Positions 1-10,971 of a DNA stretch of 64,000 nt are shown here, one piece after another. Both the position numbers and the translations under genes were made by a program. A model generated the notes under the pieces. That model saw only the letters and a list, made by a program, of their open reading frames with translations. It ran no database searches and was not told where the DNA came from. Numbering within the stretch: the first letter of the stretch is position 1; each line of letters begins with the position of its first letter. Origin of the DNA: a virus. The DNA is taken from the IMG/VR virus record IMGVR_UViG_3300046004_001116, positions 1 to 64,000 of that record; one strand, written 5' to 3'.

Positions 1-93
1 GGAGCAAGTACACAAAGAATCATGTTAAACACGCACACAGAAAGAGTTAATCAGGTAATCAAAAATGTTATTGCTTACCGTAAAACAAAATAG
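1..93 (+). CDS. 3' end of a gene truncated by the window edge
   Basis: Open frame 1 ending ...VIAYRKTK-TAG. Confidence 0.5.
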   Translation, partial: GASTQRIMLNTHTERVNQVIKNVIAYRKTK

Positions 94-142
94 TTGCATA
101 ACTGAAATTCATATGATAGATATATAAAATAAAATCTACTGT

Positions 143-886
143 ATGGATTATCAATGGCATTACAATCGTTTAATTGAAACAAGAAAAGATCGTATACTTG
201 TTATTGGTGAATATTATGAAAAACATCATATTGTACCAAGAAGTATGGGCGGTACTAATTCTAAAGAGAATCTTGTACATTTAACAGCAAGAGAACATTT
301 CTTAGCGCATTGGTTGCTGTGGCGAATATATCGTAATGATCAAATGGCAAGAGCTTTCTATTTAATGTCTGCCGGCATAGGATCAACTAGTGATAGGAAA
401 GTTTTTTCTAGCATTGCATATCAAGAAGCAAAAATAGCAAAAGGAAAAGCTGTATCCGCTCTTAATAGAATAATAAAGAAAGGACATATCAAATCACAAG
501 ACACGTTGAATAAAATGTCAATAGCATTAAAAGATAAACCTAAATCTGATGAACATAGAAAAAACATTGGCTTAGGATTAAAGGATAAACCTAAATCTGA
601 AAAGCATAGAAAAAACATTTCTATTTCGTTAACTGGGTTTGATTGGTCTAATTATTCTGAACGTAATGATAAGATAGCAAAAGCAAATGCCGGGAAAGGA
701 AATGGCCGAGCTAAAAAGGTGTATCAACTTAAAGACGGTGAAGTCATTAATGAATTTGACACATTAAAAGATGCAAATATTTTTGTTAATCAATTAACAC
801 AGAAAATATTATCAAAATCAACGTTTCACAGATATGTTAGCAATAGCAAAATTATTGGTGAATATATTTGGACTTATAACATTTAA
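143..886 (+). CDS. HNH homing endonuclease with NUMOD3-type repeats
   Basis: EKHHIVPRSMGG...NLVHLTAREHFLAH HNH motif; repeated KPKS(D/E)xHRKNI. Confidence 0.85.
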   Translation: MDYQWHYNRLIETRKDRILVIGEYYEKHHIVPRSMGGTNSKENLVHLTAREHFLAHWLLWRIYRNDQMARAFYLMSAGIGSTSDRKVFSSIAYQEAKIAKGKAVSALNRIIKKGHIKSQDTLNKMSIALKDKPKSDEHRKNIGLGLKDKPKSEKHRKNISISLTGFDWSNYSERNDKIAKANAGKGNGRAKKVYQLKDGEVINEFDTLKDANIFVNQLTQKILSKSTFHRYVSNSKIIGEYIWTYNI

Positions 887-906
887 TTAACTAAAATACA
901 TTTATT

Positions 907-1476
907 ATGGATATGATGCAATGGTGCTTAGATAAGCACGCGGAAACAAACCATTACTATGACAAATATCTTCCGTATTCTTTTCATTTAAGAATGGTGG
1001 ACACGGTAGCTCAAGAATACAAATTTTTACTTGATGCTAGTTATGATTATTTTGGAAGAGGAGAACGTAAACCTTTTGCAGCGGAAGATAACTTTATTTC
1101 ATTAAGAACAGCTTGTCTTAGAGCAGTTTATGGGCATGATCTTATTGAAGACTGCCGGGTATCTTATAATGATTGTGCATCTGCTTTAGGACAGGCTGCT
1201 GCAGATATCATTTACGCGGTAACAAACGAAAAAGGAAAAACTCGAAAAGAGCGCGCCAATGATACTTATTATGCTGGAATCGTTGCTACACCTGGAGCAG
1301 TCTTTGTTAAACTATGTGATAGAATTGCAAACGTTCAGTACGGGATCTTGACAAAATCTCGAATGACTGAAATGTACAAAAAAGAAAATGAAAACTTTAT
1401 CACTAAACTTGGCTATACACCAGATCATGCGCTTGCTCCCATGTTTGAAGCACTAATCAAGTTGTTTGAGAACTAA
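907..1476 (+). CDS. HD-domain hydrolase, RelA/SpoT small alarmone hydrolase-like
   Basis: PYSFHL...HDLIED...VKLCDRIANV pattern. Confidence 0.7.
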   Translation: MDMMQWCLDKHAETNHYYDKYLPYSFHLRMVDTVAQEYKFLLDASYDYFGRGERKPFAAEDNFISLRTACLRAVYGHDLIEDCRVSYNDCASALGQAAADIIYAVTNEKGKTRKERANDTYYAGIVATPGAVFVKLCDRIANVQYGILTKSRMTEMYKKENENFITKLGYTPDHALAPMFEALIKLFEN

Positions 1477-1511
1477 TATGTGATAGAAGAATATAATTTC
1501 TAAATCATATT

Positions 1512-2372
1512 ATGAAAACTATAAAAGACTGTGTTAACTGTATAGTTACACCAAATCTTACTGGAACCATAACTTACCTGGACTTTGAGCAATCAGCAAC
1601 AAGTCCAGGTGAGTTGGGTTTAACGGTAAACCAAAAGATTATTCAACTTGAGCCACAAAGTACGTCAGCAACTATATCTGATGAACAAGTCAAAGATCTT
1701 GCTGCTACACATATAGATGCTGTTGGTATGTTAAAATCTTCCTTAGTAAATGAAGATGATCAACGAGTTACAAAACGCATCTTTGAAAAGATGTGGAACA
1801 TGGGACATACTTCATATCTTAAATCTTTCACGCTGTTTCAAAAATGGGCAAATAAGTGGTTTGGTTATATGCCTGTACAACTTGTTAAGTCTGACGAAGA
1901 TCTAATAAGAGTAATCGTTTTACATTCAAATAGAATTGCTGTAAAGTCACGTAGAGGACCTGGTAATTTTATAGTTGTTTCATCAGAGGTTGGTGCTAGG
2001 TTACAAGATTCACCAAACTTTGTTTTTGAACCATTAGAAGGACTTGTGTCAGGTGGTACGTGTGTTAAGATAGGCACATTAAATGGACGAATAGAAATTT
2101 ACGTCAATCCATATATGAAATATGATGAATGTAAATTTATTATAGGTAAGACTACACAATCTAATGATCCTGGACTTTATTACGTAACTCGTGATGTAGT
2201 TGATGAACTAGAAGTTAAACTACAAGATCCTTTAAACTCAACTAAATATGCAAATGTTCGTCATGAATGGCTAGGCAAAATTGGAAGTAATGCGTCTGAC
2301 CATTTTTACACAGTAAGATATTCTGATAAGAAACACAACTTATGGAAACACTTAATCTCTAAATACTTATAA
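1512..2372 (+). CDS. Major capsid protein paralogue (partial gp23/gp24-like)
   Basis: RRGPGNFIVVS...LQDSPNF...GTLNGRIEIYVNPYM matches RRGPGNFVVTN...LQDSAQF...GTLAGLTIYVDPNM of the 21129 capsid protein. Confidence 0.75.
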   Translation: MKTIKDCVNCIVTPNLTGTITYLDFEQSATSPGELGLTVNQKIIQLEPQSTSATISDEQVKDLAATHIDAVGMLKSSLVNEDDQRVTKRIFEKMWNMGHTSYLKSFTLFQKWANKWFGYMPVQLVKSDEDLIRVIVLHSNRIAVKSRRGPGNFIVVSSEVGARLQDSPNFVFEPLEGLVSGGTCVKIGTLNGRIEIYVNPYMKYDECKFIIGKTTQSNDPGLYYVTRDVVDELEVKLQDPLNSTKYANVRHEWLGKIGSNASDHFYTVRYSDKKHNLWKHLISKYL

Positions 2373-2427
2373 GTAAACTACATAAGATCTGTCTGCGGAT
2401 ATATACTAAAAATACGTAGACAGAATT

Positions 2428-4374
<1,947 letters not shown>

Positions 4375-4382
4375 CATTTTAA

Positions 4383-4697
4383 ATGGCAACAACTTGGAAT
4401 AACTTAAAAGTGAAAATCTTAATTGAAGAAAAACTTGCAGGATACTTCATCATTGAAGAATCTGCGTGTAATGTAGAAAGTCTAAATTTCTTTTATAATG
4501 ATATGGCAGATAATATCTTGCCAGCACAAATTGTGCCTGATGGTTTATCAAGATATTCGAATGATTGGACTATAATGACAATTACAAAAGATGAAAATGA
4601 ACCTCTTGTTATTGAACGTGATGATTTTGAAACCGAATTGATTACACAGAATGAAACTTTTGGTGATTACATACTATCAGTTTTACCAAACATATAA
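4383..4697 (+). CDS. Hypothetical protein
   Basis: ORF directly after the fibre gene. Confidence 0.6.
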   Translation: MATTWNNLKVKILIEEKLAGYFIIEESACNVESLNFFYNDMADNILPAQIVPDGLSRYSNDWTIMTITKDENEPLVIERDDFETELITQNETFGDYILSVLPNI

Positions 4698-4704
4698 ATA
4701 AAGT

Positions 4705-4760
4705 TGTTAATAACTTGAGACCCACAAATTTTTATTTGTGGGTTTTTTGTATTATTTTTA
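4705..4760 (+). promoter_or_regulatory. Early-type promoter overlapping a terminator hairpin; near-duplicate at 46486-46541
   Basis: TGTTAA box, TAnnTTTA -7 element, hairpin acccacaaat/atttgtgggt plus T-run. Confidence 0.6.
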
Positions 4761-4966
4761 ACTATCAATTTAAAACTACTACTTATGGAAAGTATAAAAT
4801 TATTAGGCATGTTTTTACTTGCCAACTTGTTTCTTTATGGTCTTGGATCATTTATTGCGTTTGATCCTAACCCACTGCACTGGTGGTTACTTAGTTCATG
4901 GGGTGGTCGAGTACTATTCTTATTCATTGAAATGTATATAATAGGAACTTTAATAAAAGATTAATT

Positions 4967-5260
4967 ATGAAAGAAATCACATTAGGAAAAAGGACTTTAC
5001 AGTTTCAAGTGCTTTGCGAAGCTAACGAAGCTGACAGCTATGAATACACAGAATTTTACGAAGGAACAGAAACCGTGACTCGCAAGAAGTGGTTATTCTT
5101 TGGTGAAACTATAACTGAAGAAAGACCAAAGTTAGTTTTTACAATTTATAGTGACATCACAAGCCCGAGACTTACAAAAGAATATTGGAGGCGTGAAATT
5201 AGTAAACAACTTGAATTACTTGACCGCAGGGACGAAATCCTAAAAGGAGAATACATTTAA
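4967..5260 (+). CDS. Hypothetical protein
   Basis: ORF in packed + strand array. Confidence 0.65.
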   Translation: MKEITLGKRTLQFQVLCEANEADSYEYTEFYEGTETVTRKKWLFFGETITEERPKLVFTIYSDITSPRLTKEYWRREISKQLELLDRRDEILKGEYI

Positions 5261-5275
5261 CTAAACATAAAAAGA

Positions 5276-5545
5276 ATGACAACATTAGAAAAAGTATGGT
5301 GGTACACAGTTATTGCAATTGTAGCAGGATTTGCTAGCGTAGGAATTTATATGATCGCGGCACCTAAACATATTGTAAGATATGAATTAGGAGGAGCATA
5401 TAACAACGGTGTTCCAGAGATTCATGTAGATATTGAAAATGGCACCGATGAAACAATTCGTTTATCCAAAGATGTATCTTGGCCCGCTGCAGTTCAAATG
5501 GTGGATTCATTAAACACTGGATTAGCAAAACATCCAATCAGATAA
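5276..5545 (+). CDS. Hypothetical membrane protein
   Basis: N-terminal hydrophobic helix. Confidence 0.65.
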   Translation: MTTLEKVWWYTVIAIVAGFASVGIYMIAAPKHIVRYELGGAYNNGVPEIHVDIENGTDETIRLSKDVSWPAAVQMVDSLNTGLAKHPIR

Positions 5546-5546
5546 T

Positions 5547-5816
5547 ATGGTTCAATCATCACCAAATTTTATTATTACTCTTACTCGAGAAATCAAAGTT
5601 TATAGCGATGGATCCGGTGACTTAGATGGTTTATCAGTCAATGAACTTAAAGAAATTGTGATTGCTTTAAAACGTAAGGAACTTAATAATTACATTGCAA
5701 AAAATAAGGCAGATGTATTTGTTCAAGCCCTGTACGAAGACATTGATGATTTACCTTTTAAAGATACTCGAGACATTGCCGTACTAAACAAAATAGGTAA
5801 ATACTTTAATTTATGA
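5547..5816 (+). CDS. Hypothetical protein
   Basis: Translationally coupled ORF. Confidence 0.6.
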   Translation: MVQSSPNFIITLTREIKVYSDGSGDLDGLSVNELKEIVIALKRKELNNYIAKNKADVFVQALYEDIDDLPFKDTRDIAVLNKIGKYFNL

Positions 5817-6298
5817 AAGTAATCTTTCTAGACATTGACGGTGTTTTGAATGTAATCCCACAAGGTCATGATGCTTTTGGTGGAATTTTTCATTCAGACT
5901 TTGTAGATAACCTAAAACGTATCATTGATGAAACTGATGCTAAGATCGTTATCAGTTCTTCTTGGAGACATAGCGGTTTACAAAAGATGCTTGATATGTG
6001 GGAGTTTAGAAATCTGCCTGGTGAAGTAATTGGTGTTACGCCAGATCTTTATCGTTTCTTAGATTTTGAAGGTGAAAGAACAATGGTTCGTGGAGATGAG
6101 ATACAAGCAGTTCTCAACATTCATCCAGAAATTACACATTATGTTATACTTGATGATGACACTGATATGTTAAAACATCAATTAGGAAACTTTGTGCAAA
6201 CGTCAAATAACATTAATCACCCAGACTGTATTGATATCGGATACGGGCTAACTAAAGAATGTACTAACAAAGCAATACGAATCTTAAATGCAAAATAA
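5813..6298 (+). CDS. HAD phosphatase (HAD_SAK_2, RNA-repair associated type)
   Basis: FLDIDGVL, IVISSSWR, RGDEI, YVILDDD. Confidence 0.8.
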   Translation: MKVIFLDIDGVLNVIPQGHDAFGGIFHSDFVDNLKRIIDETDAKIVISSSWRHSGLQKMLDMWEFRNLPGEVIGVTPDLYRFLDFEGERTMVRGDEIQAVLNIHPEITHYVILDDDTDMLKHQLGNFVQTSNNINHPDCIDIGYGLTKECTNKAIRILNAK

Positions 6299-6626
6299 AG
6301 AATTTATCCTATGTGCCGCTATATGGTACAAAGACATACCGATTAAAAAAGAAATCCCACAAGTTCTTCCAAAGAATTGCGATAAAGGATTAGTAGTCTT
6401 AGGACATCGTCACGGCCAATGTATGTGGACTATGAGTTCATTAACAGGTTTACGAACATGTGAAATTGGTGAAGACTGTGCTGGTGAATCCGAACAAGGG
6501 TTTCTTACAAGTCTAAATAGGTTTGTTGGACGGGAAGAAGGTTTGGAAATTGCTATGCGTGAAAACCAAGTAAAAGATCTTAGAGAAATTCGAGGTAACA
6601 GATTATTCTCTGAAGACCTCTATTAA
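6288..6626 (+). CDS. Phage hypothetical protein
   Basis: CAAIW...GHRHG...QGFLTS..RFVGR...LFSEDLY. Confidence 0.65.
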   Translation: MQNKEFILCAAIWYKDIPIKKEIPQVLPKNCDKGLVVLGHRHGQCMWTMSSLTGLRTCEIGEDCAGESEQGFLTSLNRFVGREEGLEIAMRENQVKDLREIRGNRLFSEDLY

Positions 6627-6708
6627 TTAATAATGGAATTGCTGTTAAAGTAATTAATGTACTGTAGATGTACATGGTTACATTGTAGCAGTCATAATAT
6701 AAACACAA

Positions 6709-7299
6709 ATGAAAGTAATATTTTTAGATAATGACGGAGTAATCTGCTTAGCAAATAACTGGGGTGGACGAACAAAGAAATTTGAGAAGTACCGCAAACT
6801 ACATCCTGAAGCAACTTCTTGGACTCAAGTTGATGTGTTTCATAGGTTTGATAATTTTGACAAGAAAGCTGTTAAAGTACTTAATGACATCTTAATTAGA
6901 ACCGGAGCGGAAATCGTTGTAAGTTCTGATTGGAAGAAACATGCTACACTTGAAGAACTTGGCGATTATTATGAATCTCAAGGTATTGTTAAACGTCCTA
7001 TTGCTTTTACTCCTTCATATATAGGTTGTGATAAACCTGAAGATTTTTCTTGGAGTTTTTCAATGAGATACGAACAAGAACGTGCTATTGAAATTGCACA
7101 ATACTTAAAAGATCATCCGGAGATCACTCATTGGGTTGCAGTTGATGATCTTGACATGCGTTATGATATCACTTGGACGGACGGAACTGAAGACATACAA
7201 CCTTGGGGTTTGAAAAACTTTGTTTACACTGCTATCATGAGTGAAGGTATAAAACAAGCTGGTAAGAAAGAAAAGATCATAAACTTTTTAATGGACTAA
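6709..7299 (+). CDS. HAD phosphatase (HAD_SAK_2 type), second paralogue
   Basis: FLDNDGVI, IVVSSDWK, WVAVDDLD. Confidence 0.75.
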   Translation: MKVIFLDNDGVICLANNWGGRTKKFEKYRKLHPEATSWTQVDVFHRFDNFDKKAVKVLNDILIRTGAEIVVSSDWKKHATLEELGDYYESQGIVKRPIAFTPSYIGCDKPEDFSWSFSMRYEQERAIEIAQYLKDHPEITHWVAVDDLDMRYDITWTDGTEDIQPWGLKNFVYTAIMSEGIKQAGKKEKIINFLMD

Positions 7300-7300
7300 T

Positions 7301-7508
7301 ATGTTTACATTTTCATTTAAAAGTATTGTCACGGATAAAGTTTATCGTGCTTACATTAACACGGGAAAAGTTCCAAAAGGAATTATAACAGTTTTAGCAA
7401 AAAAAGGCAATGGTTGGAACAGAATTAACTGATAAGGAATTTGCTATCTTCTGTGGATTAACATCAGAAATTAATGATGAAATTAAAAAATTAGCAAGAA
7501 ATGATTAA
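7301..7508 (+). pseudogene. Small gene split by a frameshift in an A7 run
   Basis: Removing one A at ~7400 gives one ORF filling the gap (...LAKKAMVGTELTDKEF...LARND). Confidence 0.45.
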
Positions 7509-7812
7509 TTGGAAAGAAACTGCCATTGGACACGAAATGGGTCTAGTGATAATTGAAGACAACAAGGTACAACATTCATTAGTGATAGTTCTTAAAGAAT
7601 ATGAATGGGCACCTAACCGTGAACCTTACATCGCGGACTTAGAGATTGTTGCTGCGGATAGCCCAACACTACATGTAGGAAACATTATTAAGTTGCCACT
7701 TCTTACTCATGAAGAAGAAGGTTTCTTAGTGTTTGCTCCGTATCCTAAACATCCAAACAATGAAATCCGAATGCATGCAAAACTTGAGTTTTATCAGTTA
7801 GTTGAGCCGTAA
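7501..7812 (+). CDS. Hypothetical protein
   Basis: ORF. Confidence 0.6.
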   Translation: MINWKETAIGHEMGLVIIEDNKVQHSLVIVLKEYEWAPNREPYIADLEIVAADSPTLHVGNIIKLPLLTHEEEGFLVFAPYPKHPNNEIRMHAKLEFYQLVEP

Positions 7813-7815
7813 AGT

Positions 7816-7880
7816 TTAACATAAATTTAACACTTTAAATTTGCTTGGTATGTAATTTTTGGTTAATTTTATACTATAAT
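7816..7880 (+). promoter_or_regulatory. Bacteroidota sigma-A type early promoter with tandem TTAACA boxes
   Basis: TTAACA 7816/7827, TTTG 7840, TAATTTTA 7864 (20-nt spacer). Confidence 0.7.
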
Positions 7881-7906
7881 TAAAAACAATATAAAACTTA
7901 TTCACT

Positions 7907-8431
7907 ATGTTAGACTGTACTCGTTTCAAATCTATTAAAAGCACCAAGCCGGTTGCTACCGTTTCTATTTCTTCAATCCTTGATGAAATCAAATCAGACA
8001 AATATCGTGATGCAATCCTAGAGATTCGTAAAGATGATAATCCGTCTAAATCTCCTCTTAAAGATAAATTACCTTGCTTTACTCCAACTGGTGTTTTTAA
8101 TCACAGGTCAATTGCCGGTATGGAAAACTATAACGGATTAATCTGTTTAGACATTGACCATGTTGAGGACGCCGAGGCTCTTAAGGCACGAGCCTCAAAA
8201 TTATCTTATGTACATGCTGCATTTGTTACTCCATCTGGAAACGGTCTAAAGGTCATGATTAAAACAAATGCTACTCCGGAAACTTACAAGGCTAAAGAAC
8301 TTGAGGTATCTGAAGCATTCGGTCTTGATACAGGCGGTATCCGTGATAACCGTTGCAAGGATATTGCAAGAATCCAATTCGTATCTTACGACCCAACATT
8401 ATACTTTAACCCATCATCAAAATTATTCTAA
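7907..8431 (+). CDS. VirE N-terminal / BT4734-like domain protein
   Basis: KDKLPCFTPTGVF...GLICLDID...FVTPSGNGLK...FVSYDP. Confidence 0.8.
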   Translation: MLDCTRFKSIKSTKPVATVSISSILDEIKSDKYRDAILEIRKDDNPSKSPLKDKLPCFTPTGVFNHRSIAGMENYNGLICLDIDHVEDAEALKARASKLSYVHAAFVTPSGNGLKVMIKTNATPETYKAKELEVSEAFGLDTGGIRDNRCKDIARIQFVSYDPTLYFNPSSKLF

Positions 8432-8432
8432 T

Positions 8433-8765
8433 ATGATAACAGAATTTCAACAATACCAGGTTGCAGCTCTAATCTATAATTTGGTTTTCTTAGGTTATTT
8501 TGGAACAGTATTTAGTTCCAAGGACGGTTTAAACCGTTTTATAAAACTTCTTACGTTGGTAATCTTTGTCGTAGGAACTATCTTTGCAATTGGAATGATT
8601 CGTAATGGTATTCATTTTAATATCATTACACATACTGTTTGTGTTTATGCCGCTGCAGTAGGAACACTGTTTTTATTTGCTAAAGATAGCAACTGGAGAG
8701 CTACTATTACTAAAATGTGTTGCCTTGCCTCGGTGGTTGCAACTATCATTTACTTTTACTTGTAA
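8433..8765 (+). CDS. Membrane protein (4 hydrophobic segments)
   Basis: Start moved to ATG 8433 just after the previous stop. Confidence 0.65.
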   Translation: MITEFQQYQVAALIYNLVFLGYFGTVFSSKDGLNRFIKLLTLVIFVVGTIFAIGMIRNGIHFNIITHTVCVYAAAVGTLFLFAKDSNWRATITKMCCLASVVATIIYFYL

Positions 8766-8783
8766 CAACTAATATGAAATAAT

Positions 8784-9779
8784 ATGAGTATCTTAAAAAA
8801 TCTTTTTGGGCAAAAAAACAAGCCCGCGGAATTGCCTATTGAAGGCGCGCAAGTTGTGGTTGCTGAAATCAGTGAAGACCAACGTTTAATTGATGAAATT
8901 CATAATGAATTTGACACAGCACCGGATAGAATCTTGCAAGAAGCACTTAACATCATCAACAAAGAAAAGGATGTTAAAGTTGTATTGGAAAGTTCAATTA
9001 CAGAAAAAGCGTTAAGACTTAAAACATTAGGTTTTGAAAAGAATGCGCTTGTTCACAATCTTACACACACTGAAAGAGACATTAAGAAGTCAGCTAGTGT
9101 AATTGACATGAATGCTGAAATGGCACATCGTGTTAAGTATTACACAAGCACATATCCATTCTTAAAGTTCTTACCAGAATCTGAACTTGACAGAATCTGT
9201 GACAAGTACGGATTGGTTTATGCACCAGTAAAACATTATAAAATGCCAGTTCCTGAAAAGAACTTACATGAGATTGAAAATGCACAAAGTCTTAAATCAT
9301 CTGATGAACAAAAGAATCTTATTACATATCAGTTTGCTCCTAAGTATGAATCTAGTCGTTCTGATTTTAACAAGTTAGTTAAACTATTTGGAAATGATAC
9401 TTTTACTGAAGATGAATTAAAAGCAATTCATATACAATATTTTGGTGATACTAATCAACACAGGCTATCTGATACTTTTTGGTATTATGGTTATCTTGCA
9501 GAGAAAGGAAAAGTAAAAGATCCTGTAGTCCCTAAAGGTTTTATCGCCGACGCAATAGAGACTACATATAATAGAACAGGGTTATTCATCGCTGCACCAA
9601 AAGAACACTTTGACTTGAGTGGATTAACCTTTGATGAAAAGAAAGGTTATTATCAAGCACAAGTTCGTGTGATTAAAGATCCAATTGTATTCCGTTATGT
9701 AAAAGGTGGAATCCAAGTATTATCTAAATGGGGTTTAGAAGCTGAGGATCCAGCTTTACAACATGAAATTTTAAACTAA
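8784..9779 (+). CDS. Hypothetical protein
   Basis: 331-aa ORF. Confidence 0.75.
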   Translation: MSILKNLFGQKNKPAELPIEGAQVVVAEISEDQRLIDEIHNEFDTAPDRILQEALNIINKEKDVKVVLESSITEKALRLKTLGFEKNALVHNLTHTERDIKKSASVIDMNAEMAHRVKYYTSTYPFLKFLPESELDRICDKYGLVYAPVKHYKMPVPEKNLHEIENAQSLKSSDEQKNLITYQFAPKYESSRSDFNKLVKLFGNDTFTEDELKAIHIQYFGDTNQHRLSDTFWYYGYLAEKGKVKDPVVPKGFIADAIETTYNRTGLFIAAPKEHFDLSGLTFDEKKGYYQAQVRVIKDPIVFRYVKGGIQVLSKWGLEAEDPALQHEILN

Positions 9780-9788
9780 TTATACAAT

Positions 9789-10064
9789 ATGACAGATATA
9801 GAAAAAGTAGACAGCTACAAAATTAAAGTTAAGGAAGCTTTAGCAAATAATCCTCAAATGATTATTGGAGAACTTACAGAAGAAGATGCCGCTCACGTTA
9901 GAGATATTGCGTTTTCAGTAATTATGTCTCGTGAAGGAATCTTTAGTGCAGGTGGATTCGTAAGTGCAATACTTGCCAACGATCTAGAAGATGCTATCGG
10001 TAGAGCTGATACTACTTGCTTACGTGCATTGAAGTTCTTTGTCTACATAAATCGTTACCTTTAA
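9789..10064 (+). CDS. Hypothetical protein
   Basis: ORF with GGFVSAILANDL motif. Confidence 0.65.
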   Translation: MTDIEKVDSYKIKVKEALANNPQMIIGELTEEDAAHVRDIAFSVIMSREGIFSAGGFVSAILANDLEDAIGRADTTCLRALKFFVYINRYL

Positions 10065-10112
10065 GTTTCACCTAAATTCATAAGGGATAAATAATAGAAA
10101 TAACTATCCCTT

Positions 10113-10466
10113 ATGAAAAACTATCAGGAGTTCTTGGTGCAAGAAGGTGAATCTATGACTATTGAAAACTTAGCTAACATATGTAAAGATATTGTTAGAA
10201 AAGTAGTTGAAACTGTAAGTGTTCCTCTTGGGTTAACACAACAAGCTATTGTTCTTATGGACAAGCCGTTTCCGCATATTCATTGTCAAAGAGAAATTTT
10301 TGAAGATAACCTAGATGAAAACAATAAGTTTATAGCAGATGAATGCTGTAAAACTTTTGAAGTTCTTGCTGAAGGTTTTGGTTTAACTGTTAACACTGTT
10401 AAAGATGGTGATGAACACGGAAGACCTGGTGATGTATTAGCAAAAGCTGAAATAGTTCAGCAATAA
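10113..10466 (+). CDS. Putative internal head protein
   Basis: N-terminus MKNYQEFLVQE resembles the T4 capsid-targeting sequence; GATAAATA upstream. Confidence 0.6.
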   Translation: MKNYQEFLVQEGESMTIENLANICKDIVRKVVETVSVPLGLTQQAIVLMDKPFPHIHCQREIFEDNLDENNKFIADECCKTFEVLAEGFGLTVNTVKDGDEHGRPGDVLAKAEIVQQ

Positions 10467-10480
10467 AAATATTAAAGATA

Positions 10481-10957
10481 ATGTCAGCAACTAAAATTTG
10501 GCCTATTAACGGTACTGGAAGTTACGCACCAGAAAGTAACACACAAATAGCATTCGGAGGTGTGGTAGGAACTACAGGCATTGATGGAGTACCAACAGCT
10601 GTAGTGACAGCGATTAATGCGCTTGGCGCAACAAATGTTAAAATAGCCGAACTTGATGTTTGGGTAGCAAGTGCCGCGTCAACAAGTATAGTTTTTGCAA
10701 GTACATATGCTGGCACAACTGGTGCTCGTCAAGTAAAATATTATAATGGAAAACGACCAGCATTTGGTTTAGATGGAGATATTACTGCAATACTTGTTGC
10801 TGCTGCATCACCAAATGATTTAACTATTATTGACAACAGTGGGAAAACTGGCACGTTTCCAGCAGGATCTCTTAAACAAGGTGCTATTTATCCAATCACA
10901 ATTAACTCGGTTGTTTCTGCTACAAGTGGTAACTTCATCGGGTTAAGCGAATACTAA
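10481..10957 (+). CDS. Putative virion structural protein
   Basis: G/T/A-rich beta-type composition in a late unit. Confidence 0.6.
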   Translation: MSATKIWPINGTGSYAPESNTQIAFGGVVGTTGIDGVPTAVVTAINALGATNVKIAELDVWVASAASTSIVFASTYAGTTGARQVKYYNGKRPAFGLDGDITAILVAAASPNDLTIIDNSGKTGTFPAGSLKQGAIYPITINSVVSATSGNFIGLSEY

Positions 10958-10971
10958 AAAGATAACTCAAT

